DNA from: Candidatus Eiseniibacteriota bacterium
GTDB lineage: Bacteria; Eisenbacteria; RBG-16-71-46; CAIMUX01; VGJL01
Assembly: GCA_963792585.1 (NCBI GenBank)
Contig: CAWBWI010000001.1
Span: 832,001-896,000, forward strand
Length of the DNA stretch: 64,000 nucleotides
Direction of reading: 5' to 3'
In this document: positions 32,602 to 40,864 of the stretch, piece after piece
Layout: the number at the start of each line of letters is the position of its first letter
How positions within the stretch are numbered: the first letter of the stretch is position 1
Program-made: the position numbers and the translations under genes
The notes under the pieces: generated by a model
Seen by the model: only the letters and a program-made list of their open reading frames with translations
Told to the model about the DNA's origin: nothing
Database searches by the model: none

Positions 32602-34929
32602 TTATAGCACAGGCTTCCAGACGCCACAACCGCCGCTACGAGACCAAAGATGGCCCGCGCGCCATCGAAGCGCAAGAACCCCTTCTCGGTCCGTGCGACG
32701 CACCGTGGCTCCCGCGGCTTCCAGGCGGGCCACCGTGGCCGGTGCCGGATGCCCGTGCCGGTTTCGGGCGCCGCAGGAGATGAAGGCCAGGCGCGGGTGG
32801 ACGGCGGCGATCCAGGCGGACCGGGACGATCCCGCGCTGCCGTGATGCCCGGCCACGAGAACGGCCGCTGCCTCGAAACCGGCGCGCGCGGCCAACGACT
32901 CCTCTGCGGCATGCCCCAGGTCTCCCGGCAGGAGCAGAGCGCCTCCGACCGATTCGACGCGCAGCACGAGCGAGCCATCGTTGCCTGTGAAGTCGTCCCG
33001 CACCGCCGGTGGCCACAGGACCGAGAGATGCAGATCCCCCTCTCGGCGCGACCAACCCGCGCGCAGCGGACGCACCGGCGGGATTTTCCGCGAGGGCAGA
33101 GCGCGACGCGTCCCCGCCGTCGCGCTGAGATAAAGCGTGTCGACCGGAATCCCCGCGAGCAGGAGCCCACGCAGACCTCCGACATGGTCCTCATCCCCAT
33201 GCGAGAGGAAGACCCCCCTCAGCCTTCGGACGCCCTGCGCGCGCAGGCTGGGCGCCAGCGCGCGGCGGCCGCGCATCCCATCCGGTCCCCCGGGTCCCGT
33301 GTCGAAGAGATAGTCCGCGCCGGTATGGGAACGGATCAGCATCGCGTCGCCCTGCCCCACAGGAAAGATGACCGCCTCGGCCGAGGACGCGCGACGCGAG
33401 GCGATGAAGGTGGGCGCCGCACCGGTGACGAACAAGAGCGGGATCCCGAGACCGACCATCACCGCAGTCGCCCGCCCGGGACCGGGCGCCCGCCTCGCGA
33501 TCGCGAGAAGCCCGAGGAAGAGCAGACTTGCGATCACCCCTGTCGTCGGGCCGGGCGAGAAGCGCACGATCGTCGCCTCCCCCGCGGGAGTCATGAGCGC
33601 GAGGGGTCGCATCCAGCAGATCGCGAAGAGCCTCGTGGGTCCCCACGCGATGGCCTGCAATGTCACGCTGGAAGGATCTCCCCATGCAAGGCCCCAGAGG
33701 ATCGAGATCAACACCGGTGTGAACGCAGGAATCCCGATCAGGTTCGCGACCACCGACAGCGGCGCCGTTTCGCCGAAATGAGCCCAGAGAATCCCGGAGG
33801 TGGCGGCCGTGGCCGCGTAGGAGGAACCGATCGGATCCCATCGCCGGGGAAGTCGGGGGCGCAGCAAGAGCGCCGCCGTCGCGCCAAAGGAGAGTTGCAT
33901 CCCCGGAGATGCGACTTCCCCGGGCGTCGCGACCACGACGGCCAGCAGTGCGGTCCACCATGCGGCCCCCATCCCGCCGGGCCGTCCAATCGCACGACCC
34001 ATCAGGATGCAGCCCGCCATGATCGCCGATCGCACCACGGACGGCATGGGACCCACGAGCGCCGTGTAGCCGAAGAGACCCGCCAGCGAGAGGCACACGC
34101 GCGGACCCGGTCGGCGCACCACGAGGCGGAGCGCGAACTCGACGAGCAGTGCGATCAAGCTCACGTGCAGCCCGGAGATCGCCACCAGGTGCATCGTGCC
34201 GGTCGCGCGAAAGACACGGAGGATCTCCGGATCGGTCTCGTCCGATTCGCCCCAGACGAGCATCGGGATCAGGGAGCGAAGGGGCGGCGGTAGGGACCGG
34301 CCCACCCGCGCCCGCAAGCCCGCCCGCGTGCGCTCCTTCCACACGTTGCCCCGCGCGCCCGCCGGCCACCCGTCCTCCACATCGATCCACCCCCGCAGAC
34401 CCGCGAGGCGCCGGCGGTAGGACGGATCGCTGAGGCCGGGCATCCGCGGCTCCCACGTCGGCACGATGAAGCCGCGCCCGACGAACGGTCCGTCCCCGAG
34501 GTCGTCGACGCCCCTGGCCAGGAACGAACCGGAAATTGGCCGCCAGCAACCCTCGCGCGCGATCTCGAGCCTCCGGGCGATCGGCGATCCGCCGCCGCTG
34601 GAGATCACTCCCCTGAGCGGGATGGCAGGAAGACCCATGGGCAGCCCGCGGACGGACACACGGGGCGCTCCCCAGCCGTGTCCCAGGACGAGGAGGAGGC
34701 AGAGGATCAGTGGATCGCGCGCGAGCCTTCCGCGTCGAAGGACCGACGCCATGACCGCCGCCCCCCAGACGACCGGACCCACGAGCGCAAACGCCGGCGC
34801 GACCGCCTCACCACGCAGCCGGGCCAGCAGGAATGCGCCGCCGAAGGCGAGACAGACCGGAGCGATCCCCGGCCAGGCCGCCCCCGCGCGAGCCTCCGCC
34901 GACAACGGAAACCGAGCCGTTCGCCCCAC
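32602..34929 (-). CDS. comEC: DNA internalization competence protein ComEC/Rec2
   Basis: HLVAISGLHV, SVVRSAIM, QLSF, then metallo-beta-lactamase motifs VGQGDA, SHGDEDHVGG, GHHGS, HGHP; start uncertain. Confidence 0.88.
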   Translation of the reverse strand: MGRTARFPLSAEARAGAAWPGIAPVCLAFGGAFLLARLRGEAVAPAFALVGPVVWGAAVMASVLRRGRLARDPLILCLLLVLGHGWGAPRVSVRGLPMGLPAIPLRGVISSGGGSPIARRLEIAREGCWRPISGSFLARGVDDLGDGPFVGRGFIVPTWEPRMPGLSDPSYRRRLAGLRGWIDVEDGWPAGARGNVWKERTRAGLRARVGRSLPPPLRSLIPMLVWGESDETDPEILRVFRATGTMHLVAISGLHVSLIALLVEFALRLVVRRPGPRVCLSLAGLFGYTALVGPMPSVVRSAIMAGCILMGRAIGRPGGMGAAWWTALLAVVVATPGEVASPGMQLSFGATAALLLRPRLPRRWDPIGSSYAATAATSGILWAHFGETAPLSVVANLIGIPAFTPVLISILWGLAWGDPSSVTLQAIAWGPTRLFAICWMRPLALMTPAGEATIVRFSPGPTTGVIASLLFLGLLAIARRAPGPGRATAVMVGLGIPLLFVTGAAPTFIASRRASSAEAVIFPVGQGDAMLIRSHTGADYLFDTGPGGPDGMRGRRALAPSLRAQGVRRLRGVFLSHGDEDHVGGLRGLLLAGIPVDTLYLSATAGTRRALPSRKIPPVRPLRAGWSRREGDLHLSVLWPPAVRDDFTGNDGSLVLRVESVGGALLLPGDLGHAAEESLAARAGFEAAAVLVAGHHGSAGSSRSAWIAAVHPRLAFISCGARNRHGHPAPATVARLEAAGATVRRTDREGVLALRWRAGHLWSRSGGCGVWKPVL

Positions 34930-34971
34930 GCGGAGGTCGGCAGCACGGCGCGTGCCGAACCCCGGAACGGA

Positions 34972-35003
34972 ACGACCCGGACCGCTCGTGCGATCCGGGT
35001 CGT
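34972..35003 (-). terminator. Hairpin downstream of the metalloprotease gene (possible terminator)
   Basis: ACGACCCGGA pairs with TCCGGGTCGT; weak U-tract. Confidence 0.35.
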
Positions 35004-35032
35004 ATCGTCGATCCCCGCGGGCCGCTACGCGG

Positions 35033-36847
35033 CTATTCGACCAGGATCATCTTTCTCGTCGCCGTGTCGGCTCCGGTGCGCACGGTGTAGAAATACAAAC
35101 CCGTCGCGACGGTATGGCCGGTGTCATCGTCGCCGAACCAGTTGACCTCGTGTTCTCCGGCCGCGAGGCCGCGGTCGATCAGTTTGCGAACGTGACGCCC
35201 CGACGCGTCGAATACGTCCACCTGAACATGTCCCGGGGCCGAGATCGCGTACTTGATCGTGGTGCGCGGGTTGAACGGATTCGGGCTGTTCTGGTCCAGC
35301 CGAATCACGCGCACAGGCCGGTTCAGATCGGCGACATCCGAGACGGTGCTCGTCACGGCGTCGAAAACGAAATCCTTGCCGGAGGATCCGCAGGCCCGCT
35401 TCATGGGGATTCCCATGAGGAGGTAGTCGGTGGTGGCGTTCATCTGGTCCCACTGATGGACCTCGAAGACCGCGTGACCTGCCGCATCCAGCGGAATCTC
35501 GTACTCCGTCCACGTTGTCCCGAGCTTCCGGGAGAACTCGATGACGTGGCCGTAATCACAGGCGTTGAGTACGTCGACGGTGATCGTCAGCTTGTTGTCC
35601 GAGGATCCCGTCTGCTTCCGGAAGCGCGTGACGTTCGTGCCGTGGCCCTGCGGCATCTTCGTGGCCGCCGGATGCTTGTCCAGCTGGGGGTAGGTGTTGA
35701 GGTCGTTGTCCGGGTTCATGGTGACGTGATAGTCGGGCCCCTCGATGTAGTGAGCCCCATCGTCACGGGTGAACGTGTACATGTTCCAGCGGGCCCACTC
35801 GGCGACCGCCGTGTCGTAGTTCCTGCCCGTGCCGTAGGCCGCAAGCTGGTTGTCCATGACCGTGTTGAGGTTCGTGTTGTCGGCAAACTCCACCCAGATG
35901 TCCCGGACGAGCGAATGGCCCCACCGCTCCTTCAGATAGGTCGGCCAGAGGAAACAGGCGTATTCGAAGCAGCCGTCCGCCGTCTGCAGGCGCGTCCACG
36001 GCTTGGCGAAGTAGCAGTTCAAGTAGTTGTAGTTGTCATTGATGCTGTCGTAGACCTCGTCCTCCATGAACGTCGAAGTGTTCTCCATGAACCAGCTCGC
36101 GCCGCTTGCGTTCAGGCCCATCTGGACGACGTGGTGGTATTCGTGGGCGACGGTCACCTTCATCGGCAGGGTCCGGTCCGCGTATCCGAATCCGGCGTAG
36201 TCGTTGTCGATGACGAAGTAGGCGGTGTAGTCGTTCGGATGACCGCCTCCGACTGCGCTCTCCGAATAGGTGACCCCATACACGCCGGAGAGGTTGTCAA
36301 CGTAGCAGTCGATCAGATTGCTGCCCCCTCCTGAACTTCCGTCCGACGGGGGCGTCGGCCACCCTTGCGTGGTGTGGAAGAAGGACCAGCTCGCCTCGCA
36401 CGAGGCGACCACGGCATCCCGGTAGGTCGTGTCCGGCCAGTTGTAGATGATGTTTCCGCCGGAGGTCGAATAGTGGACCCGGAAGTGAGCGGTATCGATG
36501 AAGGCGCCGAGCGTCGGTCGCACGAAGAAAGCTTCACCCTCGAGGCGCACGCCATCCGGCATCGTCGCGAGTTGCTCACGGATCTCGGAAATCACAGGGG
36601 TTGCGCACTTGAGGGGAATCGACGTCTCGAGCCGGAATTCCTCCGGGAGTTTCGGCGAGTTGTAGATCGCATAGAGCTTGTACAGCAACGCCTGCGGCGC
36701 GCTGATTCGTCCACCTTCCTGCGCACTCTCGATGGCAGCGAGGGTCGGACTGGCCTGCTGCGACTCCTCGGCAAGCCCCATGGCCATGGAGGGCGTGAGC
36801 AACAGACCGATGAGCGCGATGGTGAACAGCGCCTGGAGAACCTTCAT
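35033..36847 (-). CDS. Secreted zinc metalloprotease (MXAN_6640-like) with C-terminal FlgD-Ig / T9SS-like sorting domain
   Basis: Signal peptide, propeptide with KCATP, TVAHEYHHVVQ (HExxH) and WFMENTS; tail QNSPNPFNPRTTIKY...GRHVRKL...WFGDDD.G..VATGLYFY. Confidence 0.8.
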   Translation of the reverse strand: MKVLQALFTIALIGLLLTPSMAMGLAEESQQASPTLAAIESAQEGGRISAPQALLYKLYAIYNSPKLPEEFRLETSIPLKCATPVISEIREQLATMPDGVRLEGEAFFVRPTLGAFIDTAHFRVHYSTSGGNIIYNWPDTTYRDAVVASCEASWSFFHTTQGWPTPPSDGSSGGGSNLIDCYVDNLSGVYGVTYSESAVGGGHPNDYTAYFVIDNDYAGFGYADRTLPMKVTVAHEYHHVVQMGLNASGASWFMENTSTFMEDEVYDSINDNYNYLNCYFAKPWTRLQTADGCFEYACFLWPTYLKERWGHSLVRDIWVEFADNTNLNTVMDNQLAAYGTGRNYDTAVAEWARWNMYTFTRDDGAHYIEGPDYHVTMNPDNDLNTYPQLDKHPAATKMPQGHGTNVTRFRKQTGSSDNKLTITVDVLNACDYGHVIEFSRKLGTTWTEYEIPLDAAGHAVFEVHQWDQMNATTDYLLMGIPMKRACGSSGKDFVFDAVTSTVSDVADLNRPVRVIRLDQNSPNPFNPRTTIKYAISAPGHVQVDVFDASGRHVRKLIDRGLAAGEHEVNWFGDDDTGHTVATGLYFYTVRTGADTATRKMILVE

Positions 36848-36925
36848 CGCCTGGACCTCCTCGCACCAAGGCAACCGGATACACGTACGCCCCTGTGGGA
36901 GGACAGAGGCGGCACAACTGCTGTA

Positions 36926-36954
36926 AGTATAGACCACTCGGGAGGTTCAGTCAA
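36926..36954 (-). promoter_or_regulatory. Near-consensus sigma70 promoter for the metalloprotease gene
   Basis: Minus strand TTGACT-N17-TATACT, about 80 nt upstream of the ATG. Confidence 0.75.
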
Positions 36955-37035
36955 TGTGGCGAGGGCGGGGGACGGGGGGAGAGGCGCACGCGGAACTGCT
37001 TCACGGGGGCCGGGTTGGCCGGCCCCCGCACAGTC

Positions 37036-39201
37036 TCAACGATACCCTGCCTGACTGATCGCGTTCGTCGCCCGAAACCGGAAGAGCTCCGAACAGAGCG
37101 TCTCGCCCGAGGCCGTCTGGACGGTGAAGTAGTAGGCGACCGCCCGGTCGAGGGGAACCCACTGCGGATCGATCATCCCCACGAAGGCCCCTTCCTCGTC
37201 GCCGACGGGCGAAAGCGGAATGTCCCGAACGGATGCGTTGAGCTCCGGTAGATGGAGACGCGGGTTTCGAGGCGGAGATCCGTCGGGCGTCTCTATCTTG
37301 AGGGTCAGCAGAACGGGTCCGCGCACGTAGATCATGCCGGGATCCTGGTGCCGAATCCTCGGCCAGCTTCCCATGCCGAAACGCGGGGCGACGACCCGAC
37401 TGCTCCCTGCCGCGAGGTCGGCGATCTCGGTCCAGACCTGACCCTGCGCGTTGTGAACGCGGACACCATGGAGCCCCGGCACGACCTCGGCTTCATAGGG
37501 CGTCCTGCCGACGAACCGGCCGTCGATGTACGCGCTGTCCCCGGCACTCTCACGCAGACCTTCGCCGCTCCTGTACTCCCACGACTCGATCTTCAGCAGA
37601 GCGCGATTGGTCGCGAATGCATTGTTGATTCGCACGCGACTCGTTTCCCCCGCGCGGACGAGAACGGAGCGTTCCCAGAGGGGCAGACGATCGTCCTCGT
37701 AGAAGACCTCATGCCATCCGACCGGAAGGCTGTCGATGCGACACGGAACGCCCGTCCTGGGCGCCCCGCCAAGCCACACCTGCGCGCCCGGGCGCACGTC
37801 CATGGCCGCGACCTCGAGCGCGCCCGTGGCCTTTGGCCTCAGGTCGGTCGTTTCGCCTGCGCGCACCCGGACCCGCTCCTCGATCGCTCCAAACGCTCCC
37901 AGATCGAGGCGGACGCGGTGGGTCCCGGCGGCGAGTCCGTCGAGGAGGGCCGGGGTGCCGGTCCCCTGGTCCAATCCGTCGATGAAGATGGCCCGCGCCG
38001 GCGGGCTCGACTCGATCCGAAGGGCGCCCCCCTCGGCAACCGCACCGCCGCCGCGAAGCATGCGGAGACCGCGCGGGACCCCGGCGACCGCGATGACGGC
38101 AAGAATGACGGCTCCCACCGCGATGGGCCACCGCCCCTTCAGAACGCGCCCACGGCGCGTGAAGGAGGGAGGCAGAATCGCCTGCGGCTCCGGATCCGTT
38201 TCCTCTTCCCTTTCGGGAGGCACCTGCGCGGCAACCTCGATCGGGGCTTCCGGGGAGGGAGCGGCCGCGTCCGCCGACGGTGGTTCGATATCGGCGGGAA
38301 CGTGGACGGGAGAGGGAACGGGAACAGGAACGGGAGAGGGCGCACGAGCCTCGTCGCGCAGGAACGAGGGCAGATCCATCTCGGGCATGCCGTAGTCCCC
38401 CGCCGGCGCGTCGCCCCCTTGTGCCTCGACGCTCTCTTGGGCTCGATCGGCGAGATCCCGCCTCAAGGCCCGCTCGAGTTCCTCCATCAGACCGAAATCG
38501 TGCGGCGTGGGGGACGATCCGACGGGCACGAAGCGGACTGCGGCCGCACCCGCCCCGTCCGCTTCCGAGCGGAACAGATTGACGAGACCGTCGCATGCCC
38601 TCTTGAGATCCTGTGTTTGCTCGAACACGCGGGCCACGGCGCGTCGATCCGGCTCCTGACCCGCCGCCGCCGCGAGCAGCACCACGACATCGTTTGCCTG
38701 CACCTGGAGAGAAGTGACGGCGAGACTGAGCTTTTCCGCCCCCCCGAGTCCTGCATGCTCCGCGGCATCCGCGGGACCCACGCAGGCCGGAATCGCCTGA
38801 CCTTCTCGCACCAGAAAGACCCAGCAGGGAATCCCCTTGATGAAGTAGACGCGGTCTTCCTCCACGAGCATCAGGACGATGCGCGCCCCGCGAACGGGTT
38901 GACGCCCCGATCGATTCTCTCGGTAGAGGCGGACGTGGGCTTGCCGGAGTCGCTCGAGCGCCACGCGTACGCGAAGCGGCAGGGTCGACGCGCCCGCATC
39001 CCCGTCCGATCCGTTTGCGCCGCGATCGATTCCCGCCAGCCTGGGCTCGATGAAGCGCTCGAATGTGTCCCTAGGTTGGGCCCAGGACACGCAAGACAGA
39101 ACCTGACCTGGATCGACCCAGGCCACGGTCCCGGCGCCCTCGATTTCCGAGGTCGCCATTTCGATCCGCATTGGAAGCGGCTGCTCCGACCGCTGGGTCA
39201 T
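37036..39201 (-). CDS. Membrane protein: degenerate PP2C-like N-domain, Pro-rich linker, TM helix, PEGA repeats
   Basis: PEGA motif LRIESSPPARAIFIDG..QGTGTP...LAAGTHRVRL plus further copies; TM WPIAVGAVILAVIAVAGV; RBS GGAGG. Confidence 0.75.
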   Translation of the reverse strand: MTQRSEQPLPMRIEMATSEIEGAGTVAWVDPGQVLSCVSWAQPRDTFERFIEPRLAGIDRGANGSDGDAGASTLPLRVRVALERLRQAHVRLYRENRSGRQPVRGARIVLMLVEEDRVYFIKGIPCWVFLVREGQAIPACVGPADAAEHAGLGGAEKLSLAVTSLQVQANDVVVLLAAAAGQEPDRRAVARVFEQTQDLKRACDGLVNLFRSEADGAGAAAVRFVPVGSSPTPHDFGLMEELERALRRDLADRAQESVEAQGGDAPAGDYGMPEMDLPSFLRDEARAPSPVPVPVPSPVHVPADIEPPSADAAAPSPEAPIEVAAQVPPEREEETDPEPQAILPPSFTRRGRVLKGRWPIAVGAVILAVIAVAGVPRGLRMLRGGGAVAEGGALRIESSPPARAIFIDGLDQGTGTPALLDGLAAGTHRVRLDLGAFGAIEERVRVRAGETTDLRPKATGALEVAAMDVRPGAQVWLGGAPRTGVPCRIDSLPVGWHEVFYEDDRLPLWERSVLVRAGETSRVRINNAFATNRALLKIESWEYRSGEGLRESAGDSAYIDGRFVGRTPYEAEVVPGLHGVRVHNAQGQVWTEIADLAAGSSRVVAPRFGMGSWPRIRHQDPGMIYVRGPVLLTLKIETPDGSPPRNPRLHLPELNASVRDIPLSPVGDEEGAFVGMIDPQWVPLDRAVAYYFTVQTASGETLCSELFRFRATNAISQAGYR

Positions 39202-39319
39202 CTTCCACACCTCCGGTATGGGGGACCTCCCCCGCCCTAGAGATCGGCAGACCGGACGCGGAGCAACATAGAGAATCTCGGCCCACGACGCGGGCCTGTT
39301 CGTGGGAAATCGGTGACCG

Positions 39320-40327
39320 CTAGAAGCGGACGGAGGCTGACACCCGGTGGGTGTCCCCGAGATCGTCGTGCGGTAGGAAGGCGTAGTCGGCCCCGAAGCC
39401 GCGGTAGCGCAATCCCCCACCGGCGGTCCACGTCCCGGCATCTGTCCCCACGCGGAGGGCCACGGCGCGCGCATACCAGTACTCGAGCCCGCCCTGGAAA
39501 TCGCCGCCAACGGTGCCGCCGCCGAATTGGCTCGCCGCCTCGCGTCCCTCGAATGTCGACGCGAGGTCGGCCGCGAAGGTGATTTCGCTTCGCAGTCCGG
39601 AGAGGGCGCGACTCCATCGAGCGCCGACCGTGAGACTTGGATCGACGACCTCCCGGGTGCCCGTGTCCCACGAAATCTGGGTCGTGGTGATGTCGGCGAG
39701 GCGGACCCCCAAGGTCAGGGCAGGATCAGGGCGGAACATGAGTCCGAGATCGGCGCCCATGCCGAAGCTCGTGTTCTTCACCAGCGCCTGGCGAAGGACC
39801 TTGAGATTCCCCCCCACGCTCCAGAGATCGCCGACCCGCCGGGCATAGGTGAACAGGAAGCCCCACTCGGAGTCGCTCTCCCTGCGGAACAGCGCGGGGT
39901 CGACTTCGCCGGGGTCGACACGGTCATTGTGGTTCCGGTCGGTCCACGCGTCCCGCGTCATCAGGATGTCGTCGACCCCGTAGCGAATCGCGGCGAATCC
40001 GATCGTGCCCGTGCTCCCAGCGATCAGAGGTTGGACATAGCCGAAGTAGTCGTGGTTGGCGAGGCTCCCGAACTGCTCCGCGTGCATGAAGAGCATCTCG
40101 GGCCGGCTCATGGAAGCCAGTCCTGCAGGATTCCAGTAGGCAGCGCTCGCGTCATCGGCGATCGCCGTGAAGGCTCCGCCCATTCCCAGGGCGCGGGCCC
40201 CTACGCCGATGCGAAGAAACTCCGCGGCGTATTTGGTTCCTTGGGATGGAGTTGCACAGAGGATGGCCAAGAGCGCGCCAAACATGACCGGTAGGAAGAC
40301 CGACCGTCCCTTGCGAATTGCCGGCAC
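39320..40327 (-). CDS. PorV/PorQ-family outer-membrane beta-barrel (FadL-like)
   Basis: Signal peptide, then KYAAEFLRIGVGARALGMGGAF.AIADDASAAYWNPAGL; C-terminal beta-signal HRVSASVRF; RBS GGGAGG before GTG. Confidence 0.88.
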   Translation of the reverse strand: MPAIRKGRSVFLPVMFGALLAILCATPSQGTKYAAEFLRIGVGARALGMGGAFTAIADDASAAYWNPAGLASMSRPEMLFMHAEQFGSLANHDYFGYVQPLIAGSTGTIGFAAIRYGVDDILMTRDAWTDRNHNDRVDPGEVDPALFRRESDSEWGFLFTYARRVGDLWSVGGNLKVLRQALVKNTSFGMGADLGLMFRPDPALTLGVRLADITTTQISWDTGTREVVDPSLTVGARWSRALSGLRSEITFAADLASTFEGREAASQFGGGTVGGDFQGGLEYWYARAVALRVGTDAGTWTAGGGLRYRGFGADYAFLPHDDLGDTHRVSASVRF

Positions 40328-40384
40328 CCGAACCTCCCGCGTGTGGAATCCGACCTCAGGTCCGCGACCGATGACTGTAACGCA

Positions 40385-40414
40385 GCCTAAGGGAACCGGT
40401 TCCGCAGCGTCAAT
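40385..40414 (-). promoter_or_regulatory. Putative sigma70 promoter of the porV-like gene with a 12-bp palindrome in the spacer
   Basis: Minus strand TTGACG-N18-TAGGCT; perfect palindrome GGAACCGGTTCC at 40392-40403. Confidence 0.55.
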
Positions 40415-40471
40415 TTGGATTCCGACGCCTTCGCACGAAGGCGATGTCGATCGTTGACCCCGTCCCGCCGC

Positions 40472-40864
40472 CTACCCCTGCGCCTCCTCCGAATCCGTCG
40501 GGGCCATGACGGCCTCGTGCCAAGACACGTAGCGTTCGATCGTGTCGTGGGTCGCCGGGCTCAGGCCGACGAACGCGGCGGCCATCCCCCAGCCATGGTG
40601 AGGCTCGCGACGCTTCTCGCATCGCACGACCACCGCCTCGCACCCGATCGAAGAGGCGGGATCGTCCCCAAATGCGGGGAATTCGAAGCGGAGGGCGAGC
40701 TTCGTCAAGGGCTGGATCGGGTGATCCATCCAGCAGGAGAATCCGCCTGCGCTGAAATCCGCCGTCTCGATCCGGGTCGAGGAACCCGGATCCCCGAACT
40801 CGCTGACGATCCGAATTGGCGCCCGCTTGTGGCGGCGTCGATCGGTGTTCCCATCCCATTTCAT
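40472..40864 (-). CDS. PilZ-domain protein (c-di-GMP receptor)
   Basis: RRRHKR (RxxxR) and DFSAGG (DxSxxG); AVVVR...GMAAAF; ATGA overlap with rnr. Confidence 0.85.
   Translation of the reverse strand: MKWDGNTDRRRHKRAPIRIVSEFGDPGSSTRIETADFSAGGFSCWMDHPIQPLTKLALRFEFPAFGDDPASSIGCEAVVVRCEKRREPHHGWGMAAAFVGLSPATHDTIERYVSWHEAVMAPTDSEEAQG

Noticed and set aside
37004..37028. GC hairpin CGGGGGCCGG-GTTGG-CCGGCCCCCG after the PEGA gene, as a REP element or terminator
   Set aside because: No second copy was noticed and there is no U-tract, so its function cannot be supported
38300..38345. Short repeats (GGAACG/GGAACA/GGAGAG) resembling a tandem array
   Set aside because: They simply encode the PSPVPVPVPSPV linker of the PEGA protein
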